DNA of 64,000 nucleotides. It comes from an uncultured Pseudomonadota bacterium. Its GTDB lineage: Bacteria > Desulfobacterota > Binatia > Binatales > Binataceae. The stretch lies in assembly GCA_963795945.1 (NCBI GenBank), contig CAWCJN010000004.1:117680-181679 (forward strand), given 5' to 3'. The position numbers were made by a program, and so were the translations under genes. This document shows positions 9,987 through 20,430 of the stretch, one piece after another (within the stretch, counting starts at the first letter, position 1; the number at the start of each line of letters is the position of its first letter). Below the pieces are notes generated by a model. It saw nothing but the letters and a program-made list of their open reading frames with translations, was not told the DNA's origin and ran no database searches.

Positions 9987-10954
9987 CCGCGTCAGCGACG
10001 ACCGACACTACTAACGCCGCAAACATCACGGCAGGAACCTTGGCAGCGACTCAAGGCGGAACTGGCGACCCGCTCTGCAAGGCGCTCGCGCAGAACTGGG
10101 TAATCGTTGCGACCGGGCAGACCACCACTGCCGGGCTATTGGTTAGGAACGTCTATGGAGTGAATCCCAACGGGACGACCGTGCAGACGGCTGCGGCAAC
10201 AGACTTGTTGATTCGAGGCGTCGCGCAGACCAGTCAGACGGCGGGACAGAGTGTGTTGGTAACGTCATGGGGTCCGGCGAACTGTACCTTTGATAATCAG
10301 AATGTCGTGGGTGATACCGTCGTAAACGGAACGAGCGGGCAATGCCACGATACCGGCTCGAGCTCAGCACTAGCAGCCGGGACACAGTTTCTCGGTTTTT
10401 CGCGAACGCTCAACAGTGGTGCGGGAACTAGCGCTTCGGTGGATTTCCGAGTGGAAATGTACAACTCGAACGGATGTACCGTCGTGAAATGCATCACCAG
10501 TGCGACGGCGGTCTGCGGTAAGGGAACCGCCAATTGGACCCAGGTGTGCAGCGCGACGATCGGCCCATTTCAGCATCCGTCGGGAGCGGGAAATGTAGTG
10601 ATTGGAATTAGGGACAATGCGGTTTTGTTTCAAACGGGAGCCACTCCGCCGACCTCAGCCGATTATCGAGTGTTTGCATCGAACTGCAACGGCGGATCGA
10701 ACGCGGACCTGCATGGAATTCCCTCGGCGATGCTGACAGCGAATGCAAATCTGTTAATTCCGGTGCTGGGCGAGGTCACTTTGACAGCTAAGGACGCGAT
10801 GTATCCGAACGGCTGTTCGATCGAGTTTGACTGCGCTGAGGGCGCCTCGGATGCTACCGGTGCGCTAAAGGTATTCAGCGGATCAACGGACTCAAATGGC
10901 GCGAATACGTCGTCGTCGGTCGAGTTCATGGCATGCCCGGGCGACAACCTGTAA
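9926..10954 (+). CDS. C-terminal piece of the same repeat protein, with a Cys-rich distal domain
   Basis: Begins with a third copy of the repeat (LAASATTDTTNAANITAGTLAATQGGTGDP), continuing the previous ORF in another frame. Ten or more Cys lie in the distal 250 aa. Confidence 0.5.
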   Translation: MSATGAHTSSQPAASDISGLAASATTDTTNAANITAGTLAATQGGTGDPLCKALAQNWVIVATGQTTTAGLLVRNVYGVNPNGTTVQTAAATDLLIRGVAQTSQTAGQSVLVTSWGPANCTFDNQNVVGDTVVNGTSGQCHDTGSSSALAAGTQFLGFSRTLNSGAGTSASVDFRVEMYNSNGCTVVKCITSATAVCGKGTANWTQVCSATIGPFQHPSGAGNVVIGIRDNAVLFQTGATPPTSADYRVFASNCNGGSNADLHGIPSAMLTANANLLIPVLGEVTLTAKDAMYPNGCSIEFDCAEGASDATGALKVFSGSTDSNGANTSSSVEFMACPGDNL

Positions 10955-10976
10955 AGAACCGGTTGTGTTCGGCGGA

Positions 10977-12224
10977 TTACTCTAACGCTCCGTGGGCGCG
11001 CAACTTGGCAACTTCGTCGGAGCTGTAACCGAGCAGTTCAATGAGTATCTCGTCAGTATGTTGTCCGATCAGAGGTGCAGCAGCGCGGACGATAGTTTCG
11101 GTGCGGCTCATTTTCCAAGGAACGCCTGCATGCTGCTTTTTGCCGACCTCCGAGTGTTCTCGATAGACCCAGTAATCGCGAGCCGCCATATGAGAGTCTT
11201 CCTCGGAGAGATAGCGGTTATCGGCGACCACGGCCGCTGGGACACCGGCGCGCTGCAAGGCTTCGGCAACTTCTGCCGCGCGCTGAGTCATGGTCCATTG
11301 TTCAACGATCGCCTCGAGCTCGTCCTCGTTCGTTTTCCGTGACTGCAGCTTAGTGAATTTCGGATCATCAGCGAGCTCGGGGCGTCCCATCGCACGCGCG
11401 AGGCGCCCCCAATCGAGATCATTTTCGCAGGTAATCGCGACAAACTGATCAATCGTGTTGCCGAGAATCTTTTCCGGACGATCTAGGCATTGGAAGACTC
11501 CATGCGGCGCCATCAGCGGATCGCGATTCCCCATACGTGTGGGCTCGATGCCATTAAAGGTGTAATCGAGAATCCCTTCCGGCAGCAGCGCCATTGCGCA
11601 TTCCCACTGGCTCATATCGATGTACTGGCCTTCGCCGGTCTTCTTGCGATGGAACAGCGCGGCCAAGATCGCGAATGCGCCATGCACGCCGGCATTGGGA
11701 TCCGCATAACTGAAACCGGAATGCATCGGTGGCCAATCCTTGTAGCCAGTCAGCGATGAAAGGCCGGAGAGCGGGACCTGGGCAGGCCCGTAAGCGATAT
11801 AGTCGCGGTAGGGGCCGTTGTCGCCATAGCCGGAAAGCGAGATCATGATGATGTCCGGCTTGATTTGCTTGAGCGCGTCGTAACCGAAACCCATCTTGTC
11901 CATCACACCATGCGCGAAGTTATTAACAACAACGTCGCTTTTGGCGATCAGCTTGCGCGCGACCTCGTGCGCGGCGGGGTCCTTAAAATTAAGCGTCAGC
12001 GAGCGTTTGCCTTGACTATATTGATTGAAATAGCCGGAGCGATTGAGGGTGCCGCCTTTGCCCTCGGGCCAAGGTGGAAGTTGGCGCGTTACGCAGGGTC
12101 GCGTGCGGGTCTCGATTTTGACCACATCCGCGCCGAGATGAGCCAATTGAAGCGTGCAGTAGGGTCCAGCCCAGACCCAAGTGAAATCGGCAATACGAAT
12201 ACCGTCGAGCGGAGGCTTAGGCAT
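10977..12224 (-). CDS. CoA-transferase family III (CaiB/BaiF-type)
   Basis: IRIADFTWVWAGPYCTLQLAHLGADVVKIE is the canonical family III N-terminal glycine-rich/Rossmann signature. The start overlaps the upstream stop (TGATG). Confidence 0.85.
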   Translation of the reverse strand: MPKPPLDGIRIADFTWVWAGPYCTLQLAHLGADVVKIETRTRPCVTRQLPPWPEGKGGTLNRSGYFNQYSQGKRSLTLNFKDPAAHEVARKLIAKSDVVVNNFAHGVMDKMGFGYDALKQIKPDIIMISLSGYGDNGPYRDYIAYGPAQVPLSGLSSLTGYKDWPPMHSGFSYADPNAGVHGAFAILAALFHRKKTGEGQYIDMSQWECAMALLPEGILDYTFNGIEPTRMGNRDPLMAPHGVFQCLDRPEKILGNTIDQFVAITCENDLDWGRLARAMGRPELADDPKFTKLQSRKTNEDELEAIVEQWTMTQRAAEVAEALQRAGVPAAVVADNRYLSEEDSHMAARDYWVYREHSEVGKKQHAGVPWKMSRTETIVRAAAPLIGQHTDEILIELLGYSSDEVAKLRAHGALE

Positions 12225-13439
12225 CAGATCACACCTGATTGTTTCAATTCGGTGAGGCGCGCTGGACTAAGCTCGAGGCGTTTACCGAAGATTTCGTCGT
12301 TATGCTGTCCAAGCGCCGGCGCGGGAATCCGAATCGCCCACGGAGCTGCACCATATTTCAGCGGCGCGCCGGGATATTTGTAAGTACCCGCTATCGGGTG
12401 CGCAATTTCGACAAAGAAGCCGCGGGCTTTAAGGTGTTCGGAATTGAGGAGATCGCCCATCGTCGAAACTGGCGCGAAGGGAACCCGCTTGCGCCTGCAC
12501 CTTTCGGTAGAGATCGAGTACGGTTTGTTGCGAGACCCATTCCTCGAGGAAGATTTTGAGCGCCTCCCAGTTCTCGGCACGTTTGAGTCGGTCCGAAAAA
12601 ATCTCCTCGTCGGCCCACTCAGGATTGCCCATCACCTCGACGAAGCCGCGCCACTGATGCTCCTCGACACAGCAGAGATAAATCCAGCCGTCTTTGCATT
12701 GCATCGCCTCGAGCGGCTGGATCGGCTTGCGTCCTAGCCGATTAGCGATCAATCCCATGTACGGCCAGTATTCGAAGAATAGTTCGAGCTGAGATGCGAG
12801 CGTCTCCTGAATCGAAACATCGACATGCTGCCCCTTGTCGTCACGTATCGCGGCCATCACCGCGCCCATCGTGGCAAGCGCGGCATGAACGCCGCCCTGG
12901 AAGCCGGACTGGTTGCCGAAAGTCTTGAGCGGCGGCATCTCGGGATGGTCCATCCCGCCACCGTTAATCGCGCAAATCCCGCCGGCGCACCACAGACTGA
13001 GATCAGACGCTCGCCAATCCCGATGCGGTCCAGTTATACCGTAGGGAGTAATCGACGTCATGACGAGGCGCGGATTAGCTGTGTGCATCCGCTCGAAAGT
13101 CAGACCGATGCGGTCCATATCGGGAGGGGCGGCGTTGTGCATCAGCACGTCGGCGTCTCGGACCAGCTTTTCGAGCAGGTCCATTCCTTCCGGTTTGGCC
13201 AAGTCGAGAGTGATGCCGTACTTGTTCGCATTGAGATAAAGGAATAGGCCGCTCTTTTCGGGATGCGGCGTGCCGCCCGGAAAAGGGCCGCGCACGCGGG
13301 CATGGTCGCCGACGTGTGGACGCTCGATCTTGATCACTTCCGCGCCAAGGTCGGCCATCAGCTTAGTCGCGTAAGGCGCGGAGACTAGCTCGCCAACTTC
13401 AATAATTTTGAGACTCGATAGTGCTCCGGGCATGGTCAC
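12224..13439 (-). pseudogene. second CaiB/BaiF-type CoA-transferase, apparently frameshifted into two overlapping ORFs (12429-13439 N-terminal part, 12224-12580 C-terminal part)
   Basis: The N-terminal part carries LKIIEVGELVSAPYATKLMADLGAEVIKIE. The C-terminal part carries the family's terminal helix region (...GTYKYPGAPLKYGAAPWAIRIPAPALGQHNDEIF...). The two reading frames overlap over about 150 nt. Confidence 0.6.
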
Positions 13440-13451
13440 TCCAGCGCGAAT

Positions 13452-13721
13452 TTAGGGGACAACTTTACGGAAAGGCCGGACTTCGATGCTAGCGAAGACG
13501 CCCTGTGTCAAATAAGGGTCATGGTTAGCAAATTCGACCGCCTCCGCCTCACTCTCCATATCGACGATCATCAGACTGCCGCTCCCGTCAGTAAAGGGGC
13601 CGCCGATAATCATCCGGCCCGCCTCGACCAGCGGTTCCAGGTTTTTGAGATGAGAGGGACGGACGCTGGGGCGCAATCGCGCGCCGTCCGGTCCGTCATA
13701 GCCGATAATCACGAAGAGCAT
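13452..13721 (-). CDS. YciI-family (Dabb-like) small protein
   Basis: 89 aa, beginning MLFVIIGYDGPDGARLRP...HLKNLEPLVEAGRMIIGGPF. This matches the YciI-like alpha+beta barrel family. Confidence 0.7.
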   Translation of the reverse strand: MLFVIIGYDGPDGARLRPSVRPSHLKNLEPLVEAGRMIIGGPFTDGSGSLMIVDMESEAEAVEFANHDPYLTQGVFASIEVRPFRKVVP

Positions 13722-14218
13722 TGTACATCCTCAAACCAAGCGGCGGTTCGATTTTAAGCAGTCGTAAGTTATCAGGGTTTTTCAAACACCGCAGCGCAAT
13801 TGTCAATCCTCACCCAATGACTGATCATCGCTGTGGCATAAGAGATTGTCATGTCTCGCCAGCGACCTCTGCGAGAAGCCCTTCGCTCCATGCAGTCGCC
13901 TCTGCTTCGCATGCCGCATCACGGCCCATCGCGTGACGGCTTACCTTCGCGAATTGCGACAGAATCGTTTTCTACAAAATATCGCGCAAAATCATTTGCG
14001 TCAGCGGTAATGCGATCCTCGGCTTGATGGCGAGAGTCCGACCATGGTGCGGTATAGCAATAGTTGAGGCGCGAGCCAGGAGTCGTCAGCCACTGTAGTA
14101 GTTCAGTCCGGTGTGACGACTAATGCTGTGAATGCAACCAAAACGATCTCAATAGAGAGTTTAATCATGCATTTCATATCGCAAGTAACTATCAACCAAA
14201 GCTTATAGCGATCGTAAC

Positions 14219-15004
14219 TTATTTAGGCGAGATTGTGCCGTAACCTGTCAAATAAATTACGAAGTAAGCCGCTGCGATCCCGATCAGCACAGCGAATGCG
14301 AGGAAGTCGCAGTGACCCAACTCGCTCTCGTCGAGGCTAGTCGGGCGCGCGCCGATACCGAAACCACGCGCTTCAAGCGCCATCGCCATGTTGTTCGCAC
14401 GTCGCAGTGCACCCATGAAAACCGGAATTAGCGCGGGCACATATCGGCGCATTCGCTCAAATACGTTACCGCAATCGAACTCATAGCCGCGCAGACGTTG
14501 CGCCTGAAGGACCGTAAAGGCCGAGTCGATAAACAGTGGAACTAGGCGGAACGCAAGACTCATCGCGAAAGCGAGCCGATAGGGCACGCGCAGGCTGACG
14601 AGGCTAGTCGTGAACTCCTCGATGGTCGTGGTTGATAGAAACAGAATCGAAGCGGAAAGAAGCTCGGCGAGTTTCAGACCCTTGCCAAGTCCGAACAAAA
14701 TCGATGGCCGGCTGAGGTGGATGAACCATAGATCGATGAGCGGCGCGCCTTGCCGATAAACCGCCATCCATTCGATCATGGTCGGCGGGATCATCAGCAA
14801 GATGAACCAGCGGAACGCGTAGAAATTTGGCCAGGCGCGGCTGATCTGAGCAGTCACGACCATCAGGAGCGCGAGGGGAACCAGTGCGAGCGGCTGATCG
14901 ACCCAGAAAACCGACCAGAACATCACGAAGAGCGCAATAAGCTTAACCACCGGATGGAGTCGATGAATCGCGCTGGCGCGGTCGAGATAGAGCGAGGTCA
15001 ACAT
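14219..15004 (-). CDS. ECF transporter transmembrane (T) component, EcfT/CbiQ family
   Basis: Polytopic. Carries the conserved cytoplasmic Ala-Arg-Gly coupling motif (MALEARGFG). The start is taken at internal Met61 (MLTSLYLDR), 18 nt after the ATPase stop. Confidence 0.75.
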   Translation of the reverse strand: MLTSLYLDRASAIHRLHPVVKLIALFVMFWSVFWVDQPLALVPLALLMVVTAQISRAWPNFYAFRWFILLMIPPTMIEWMAVYRQGAPLIDLWFIHLSRPSILFGLGKGLKLAELLSASILFLSTTTIEEFTTSLVSLRVPYRLAFAMSLAFRLVPLFIDSAFTVLQAQRLRGYEFDCGNVFERMRRYVPALIPVFMGALRRANNMAMALEARGFGIGARPTSLDESELGHCDFLAFAVLIGIAAAYFVIYLTGYGTISPK

Positions 15005-15023
15005 GGCAAAAGGTAGTTCAGAG

Positions 15024-16748
15024 CTAAGAGTGTGACATCTCGGCGGCGCGAAATTGCGCGACGAATTCTTCGACCGACAGCGCAGAAAATCCGAAGCGCC
15101 GCGCGAGACGGGTGATTTCGGGCGGGCGAAATGACGAATCCTGCAGGAGTACGTCAGCGGCGAAGAAGTCGCGTACCGGACCATCGAATAGAATCCGGCC
15201 TTTGCGCATCAGCACCACGCGTCGCGCGTATTCAGCTACGAGCCAAGGAGTATGAGTAATAATCACAATTGCGAGACTGGCTCGATTTAGATCGGCAATC
15301 AGTCCCATCATGCGCCGCTGTTCACGATAGTCGAGGCCAGTCGTTGGCTCGTCGAGAATTAGTAGGCAAGGCCGCAGTGCGATCACGCTGGCGACGGCTA
15401 ATCGCTGCCGTTCACCCTTGCTCAGCAGAAAAGGATCGCGACCACGCATTGTATCGAGACTAACTGCTTGCAGGACTTCTGCAACTCGATGGGCGACTTC
15501 GTCCGGCGCGAGTCCGAAATTACGCGGACCGAAAGCGACCTCCTCCTCGACGGTCGCGGCGAAAATTTGATGGTCAGGATTCTGAAACACATAACCGATC
15601 TGGGCTGCATTAGCGGATGCATTCAGCGCAGCGCGATCGCGTCCGGAAAGCAGGATCGTTCCGGACAATGGTTTGAGTAATCCGACCAGATGCTTAGCGA
15701 GGGTACTCTTGCCTGACCCGTTATGGCCGACAATCGCGACGCATTCGCCCGCGTTGATCCTCAAATTAATCGCGTCGAGCGCCAGTGCACCCGAGGAATA
15801 TGCAAAGCTCACAGCACGAGCCTCGGCGAGGGGCGGTTTGGGATTAGGCTTTGGTTCCGTCTCCTCCGACGAGTCGGCGGGACTGAGCGCAGCGCGCCCA
15901 TGGAGATGAGGCAGCCTGGCGCGTAGGACCCGTTCGGCCTCGTCGATACTCGCCGGATGATCGACAATCCTAAGATTTGCGAACAGACGGTTCAAATCCG
16001 GCGGATGGACCCCGCAGCTTTCGAGCAGTTCGAGCCGCGTCAGGATAGCGGCGGGCGCTCCCTGCGCTACGATCTCGCCAGCGCGCATCACGAGCAGGCG
16101 ATCGGCGGCGCGTAATTCGTCAACTTCGTGTTCGATCACGACCAGGCTCAAGCCTTGCGCTCGCAGGCGCTGAATCAGCTCAAGCACCTCGGCGCGTCCT
16201 GCGGGATCGAGATCGGTAGTCGGCTCGTCGAAAACGATGACGCGAGGCTGGAGCGCCAGCATTGCGGCAATCGCGAGCCGCTGTTTTTCGCCGCCGGAGA
16301 GCGACGTGGGATCGCGCTTCTCAAAACCTGCGAGTCCGACTGCTACCAGCGCGGGGCCAATTCGCGAAATAATCTCGTCGCGCGGCATCCCGGTCTGCTG
16401 CATCGCAAAGGCGACTTCGAGTCTTACGTTAGTCGAGAAGAGTTGGGCCTCAAAATCCTGAAAGACCATCCCGACTTGAGGCGCGAGATCGCAGACTCGC
16501 GCGCCGTCGAGTGGACGTCCGCTCAGATAGACGAGGCCGCGAAATTCTCCATCCTCGAAGCCGGGGACCAGCCGGTTGAGGCATTTGATCAGCGTCGATT
16601 TGCCCGCGCCCGACGCGCCGATAATCCCGACCATCTCACCAGGCCTCAGCACGAGATCAGTGTCGCGGAGTGCGGGAGCCTCGGCGCCGCGATAAGTGAA
16701 AGTGACCCGTTCGAGCGCAGCGAGCGGCGTCGCGTCGGCAGCTTTCAT
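15024..16748 (-). CDS. fused duplicated ABC ATPase of an ECF transporter (EcfA-EcfA' in one polypeptide, YkoD-like)
   Basis: Two complete ATP-binding cassette modules. Walker A motifs are GASGAGKST and GHNGSGKST. Signature motifs are LSGGEKQRLAIA and LSKGERQRLAVA. Walker B motifs are VIVFDEPT and LLILDEPT. Confidence 0.85.
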   Translation of the reverse strand: MKAADATPLAALERVTFTYRGAEAPALRDTDLVLRPGEMVGIIGASGAGKSTLIKCLNRLVPGFEDGEFRGLVYLSGRPLDGARVCDLAPQVGMVFQDFEAQLFSTNVRLEVAFAMQQTGMPRDEIISRIGPALVAVGLAGFEKRDPTSLSGGEKQRLAIAAMLALQPRVIVFDEPTTDLDPAGRAEVLELIQRLRAQGLSLVVIEHEVDELRAADRLLVMRAGEIVAQGAPAAILTRLELLESCGVHPPDLNRLFANLRIVDHPASIDEAERVLRARLPHLHGRAALSPADSSEETEPKPNPKPPLAEARAVSFAYSSGALALDAINLRINAGECVAIVGHNGSGKSTLAKHLVGLLKPLSGTILLSGRDRAALNASANAAQIGYVFQNPDHQIFAATVEEEVAFGPRNFGLAPDEVAHRVAEVLQAVSLDTMRGRDPFLLSKGERQRLAVASVIALRPCLLILDEPTTGLDYREQRRMMGLIADLNRASLAIVIITHTPWLVAEYARRVVLMRKGRILFDGPVRDFFAADVLLQDSSFRPPEITRLARRFGFSALSVEEFVAQFRAAEMSHS

Positions 16749-17593
16749 AGGAGCAGCATGCCGGCGAAGGCGATCATAATGAATGGACTGACCACGACCG
16801 CGATCGCCTTATCATAGGGAGTTTGCGCGAAGCTGATGGGCAGAAAATGGGGCATCCAGCGTCCGGTCGAGATCAGGTTGCCCGCAAGCCAAGCGGCGAA
16901 TTCGCCGCCGATTAACATGACGAATCCGAGGAGCCGAAGCGGTCGCGGGCGCGAGCGAACCTCGGGCATCAGGTCAGTATAAAGCAAATGGCCGGCGCGA
17001 ACGCGCGGATAGACGGCAATCAAAAGCAACGGCGAGAGGACGATTGCCGCCAGCATATTATTAAAGATGATGACATTGCCGAGCACCCAAAAAGGCCGCA
17101 GCGCGAGCAGGTTATCACCCCATCCGACAAAGTCGGCACAGAGCATACTGGCGCTCAGACAGGCGGCGACGTACTTGGTTAGAGTGCGAGCCGAGAGATC
17201 GATGGGGCTTTCGCCGGAAGCAGCAAGCATCGTCCATACCTTGTACGGGATATAGCCGTAGGCGAGATTGCCGAAAAACCCGAAGACGTCGCCGGGGCCG
17301 ACTCCGCCAAAAAAGTCGCCGATCATATTGCCGATCGCCGCTCCCCACGCGGCGGCAGGCCCAAATAGCAGCGAGCACACCACCGGAATGGCGTTGCCGG
17401 GACGCAGTTCGGTAACACCCGGGATCAGCGGGATTACCTTGAAAGGTATCAGCACCGCCGCGTACAAAGCCGCCGAAAGCACGCATAACACGACCATCCG
17501 AGTATTACGCCACATCAGGCGCAGCTCGTGTCCGGCTTGAGACACGCTCGGCGCGCGAGAGACCGTGTTGTTGTTAGGTACGGAGTCGATCAA
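16745..17593 (-). CDS. putative ECF substrate-capture (S) component, substrate unknown
   Basis: A small polytopic protein with the Gly/Ala-rich helix pattern (GPAAAWGAAIGNMIGDFFGG) common to ECF S components. It is first in the operon, overlapping the ATPase start (ATGA). The true start may be an internal Met (MWRN..., about 17512). Confidence 0.5.
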   Translation of the reverse strand: MIDSVPNNNTVSRAPSVSQAGHELRLMWRNTRMVVLCVLSAALYAAVLIPFKVIPLIPGVTELRPGNAIPVVCSLLFGPAAAWGAAIGNMIGDFFGGVGPGDVFGFFGNLAYGYIPYKVWTMLAASGESPIDLSARTLTKYVAACLSASMLCADFVGWGDNLLALRPFWVLGNVIIFNNMLAAIVLSPLLLIAVYPRVRAGHLLYTDLMPEVRSRPRPLRLLGFVMLIGGEFAAWLAGNLISTGRWMPHFLPISFAQTPYDKAIAVVVSPFIMIAFAGMLLL

Positions 17594-17767
17594 ACTGGTA
17601 TCTTAGCTAGCGTCACATCGTACGATTACTGGTTTTCTGTCGCCTCGGCCATCAAATCATGATCTTATGTCCACTCTCAACGGCATAGACCTTCAGCGCT
17701 GAGAGCCAGCCGAATAGAGGGCTTTAACATACTTGACAAACCATGTCCTGTTTGCTGGATTGGAAGC

Positions 17768-18637
17768 ATGGACGCTAGATACCCACGGTCCCTTACTGAC
17801 GCGATTGTTTACTTCAAGGACTATGAGAACTGCCGCGCATTTATGATCGAAATGCGTTGGCCGGATGGCATCGTCAGATGCCCGACGTGTGATTCGGAAA
17901 AGGTCACTTACTTGGCGAACGTTCGACGCTGGAAGTGCTACAGCAAGCACTTGCGGCCGCAGTTCACGCTCAAAGTTGGAACGATCTTCGAGGATAGTCC
18001 GCTCCCGCTTGAGAAGTGGCTACCAGCTATGTGGCTTCTCTCTAACTGCAAGAACGGAATCAGCAGCTATGAACTGGCGGATGCTTTGGAAGTCACGCAA
18101 AAAACTGCGTGGTTCATGCTGTAACGCCTGCGGTTCGCGATGAATGATGGATCGCCGGACAAGCTCCCAAGCGAAATGGACCTGCTCCAGCGCCACAACA
18201 AAGACGAAGTTAGCAAAGTCCGCGCGAAGGTTCTGCGCAATCTCAAACGGGCATCGCTGCAAGACAACTTTCGGGAGAACGTCGAGGCTGGTTCCGAAAT
18301 GTTTACGGACTCGTTTCTCAGCTATGAAGGCATTAATCCAGAGTACGCACACAATGTCATCAATCATGCGGAGAAGTACGTAGACGGGCACATGCATGTG
18401 AACGGGATCGAGAACTTCTGGGCGCTCTTGAAGCGATGCCTCAAAGGAACTTACGTCAGTGTTGAGCCATTTCAGCTATTCCGCTATCTCGATGAACAAG
18501 TATTCCGTTTCAACAACCGCAAGCTGTCAAGCAGCGCGCGCTTCGTACAGTCACTGAAACACGTCGCGGGCCGCCGCCTGACGTATAAAGATCTAATCGG
18601 CAAAACGCCGAATTCACCTGAACCCTTATTGGCCTAG
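17768..18637 (+). mobile_element. IS1595-family (ISXO2-like) transposase remnant: in-frame TAA and missing catalytic DDE core
   Basis: N-terminal zinc-ribbon/HTH region (RCPTCDSEKV...KTAWFML) is followed by TAA at 18122-18124, where the family normally has HR(I/L)R. Translation continues in frame (RLRFAM...) into the family's C-terminal region (NGIENFWALLKRCLKGTYVSVEPFQLFRYLDEQVFRFNNRK). The usual roughly 100-aa segment containing VDETY...D is reduced to about 65 unrelated residues. Confidence 0.7.
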
Positions 18638-18814
18638 ACAATCCAGAGGACGAAAGCACGACCATGAAACCTGATAATAAGTTAGATAAGTTGCGATTCG
18701 AGCCGCAACCAGCAATGGAGAATTTGCGAATGCTTACACGCTGCGTCTTGGCCGTACCGAAAAGTACTACCGTCAATGCTCCTAAAGAGAAAAGACGAAA
18801 AGATAAAGGCAGAT

Positions 18815-19599
18815 CTAGTCCTCTACTTTCTTCCCGCGCTCGCGCAATTGTCTGACATGCTCAGCACGCATTTGTCGTAATGACTCTGAGCCGAAAACCA
18901 CAACTTTGTAGGGAATTCGGTTGCTCGTGTATTCTCTGATAAGTGAGTCGACGTCGGATAGCTGCTTGCGCTCCGTCGCGCCCTTCATCACACCGTAGCA
19001 AAGTAGATCAGCCGCTTGTAGCGGAACAAATTCTTTGTCATCATCAAAGGTTAGCCCGCCCAGATTGTACCATTCAGCAAGCAGCGGATGCTTTTTTGAT
19101 TTTTGATATGCGGCGAGGAAATCGGCAGCATGGGCATTACCCTCATCGAAGATGACAGCGATCTTCTCGGACTTAAGCGCCTCGTCGGTCCATTTTGCTG
19201 AGAGCCAACAACAGCCGGTGCAGGCGATAGTATAAGCTGTTCCTACGCTCATTTTAACAATGTCGTGCTTCGGGAACACTTCTTTGTAAATGGGTTTCGA
19301 TAGGATCGAGATGACCGCGACATTGGGTCTGCTCTCATTTGCCCAAACGACCGCTAGCAAATCAATTACAAACCGATTCCGGTTTGCTTCATCGTCCCTC
19401 ATTCAGTGCCAAGCGCCACGGCCCTTCGGTCATAAAACTCGACACTATGGAAATACGCCACTTTATTGTGCGCGAGGACTAGCCGCCAATTGGTTTCAAG
19501 GGACTCCCATCGATTGGCCGGAGCGATTAGTCCAGCAACCACAAGAATTTGAGACGAGGGTTCCTCACTTTCATCGCAATACCCTCTATAAACCGCCAT
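18815..19599 (-). CDS. DUF3800-like hypothetical protein, split into two ORFs (19399-19599 and 18815-19402) that overlap by ATGA
   Basis: The upstream piece begins MAVYRGYCDESEE, which resembles the (Y/F)xDESG N-terminal motif of DUF3800. The downstream piece continues in another frame. Family assignment is from memory and is tentative. Confidence 0.35.
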
Positions 19600-19809
19600 T
19601 ACTCGCTCCCGCGCCGACGTAGGAATATCGCCTCTGCCGTCCAGCGCACAAAGCTTGACTCCTTATCCGGTGGGTAAGCATTTTAGCGTCCCCTCTTTGC
19701 GGTTCGTCAAGTATATTAATACCGAAATCAGGATAATTATACTTCAGGTACGGACGCATTTGATCATCACGAAGAATCTTAATAGTGTCGCTGTGGGCGC
19801 GAAAACTCC

Positions 19810-20430
19810 AACAATAATTGAATTGGCTTGCTGGCGCGCCAACCACAAGCGAGGCGAGCGGCTCTATCGCGAAGAAAGGCTGTCGCTGCGTCGATGGCGG
19901 CGCAAATGGCTGAGTCCTCTACGTATTGTGCGCGAGCGGCCGGCAGGGCCACTCAAACCTGGGCGGTCGATTTCATTCACGACAACCTGATCAGCGGTCG
20001 CCGCGTTCGCACCTTCTGTACTCGATGAGTGGAGCCGCGAGAGTCTAGTGATCGAAGTCGAGGTCTCGCTAACCGGAGAGCGCCTGACCAGAGGGTTGGC
20101 GCGCCGGCGCGCGGGGCGAGGTCTGCCGAGCGTGATTCAGGCGGATCATGGCCCGGAACTGCGCGGCCGGGTTTCTCGACCGGTGGGCCTATGATAACCG
20201 CGTGCGGTTGCAGTTCATTGAGCCGGGCAAGCCGATCCAGAACGCGCATATCGAGAGCTTCAATGCGCGGGTTACGCGAGGAATGGTTCCACGAGCATGT
20301 CTTTGTCTTGCTCGACGACGCCCGCAACCAGATCGAAAAGTGGCGCGTCTAATACAATCGCGAACGCCCCCATTCCAGCCTCGGCAACCTGACGCCAGAG
20401 GAGTTCGCGGCAAAGAATCAGATGAGCGCG
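19810..20430 (+). mobile_element. IS3-family (IS407-group-like) transposase OrfB remnant, multiply frameshifted
   Basis: Family-typical segments are spread over three frames. They are NHKRGERLYREERLSLRRWRRK, QTWAVDFIHDNLISGRRVRTF, FIEPGKPIQNAHIESFNARV, and EWFHEHVFVLLDDARNQIEKWRV-YNRERPHSSLGNLTPEEF. No intact orfA or inverted repeats were seen. Confidence 0.7.

Noticed and set aside
17594-17767. TPP riboswitch upstream of the ECF operon
   Set aside because: GCTGAGAG occurs, but on the plus strand, opposite to the operon. On the correct strand I could not find the GGGGUGC / CUGAGA / ACCUGAUCUGGAUAAUGCCAGCG core.
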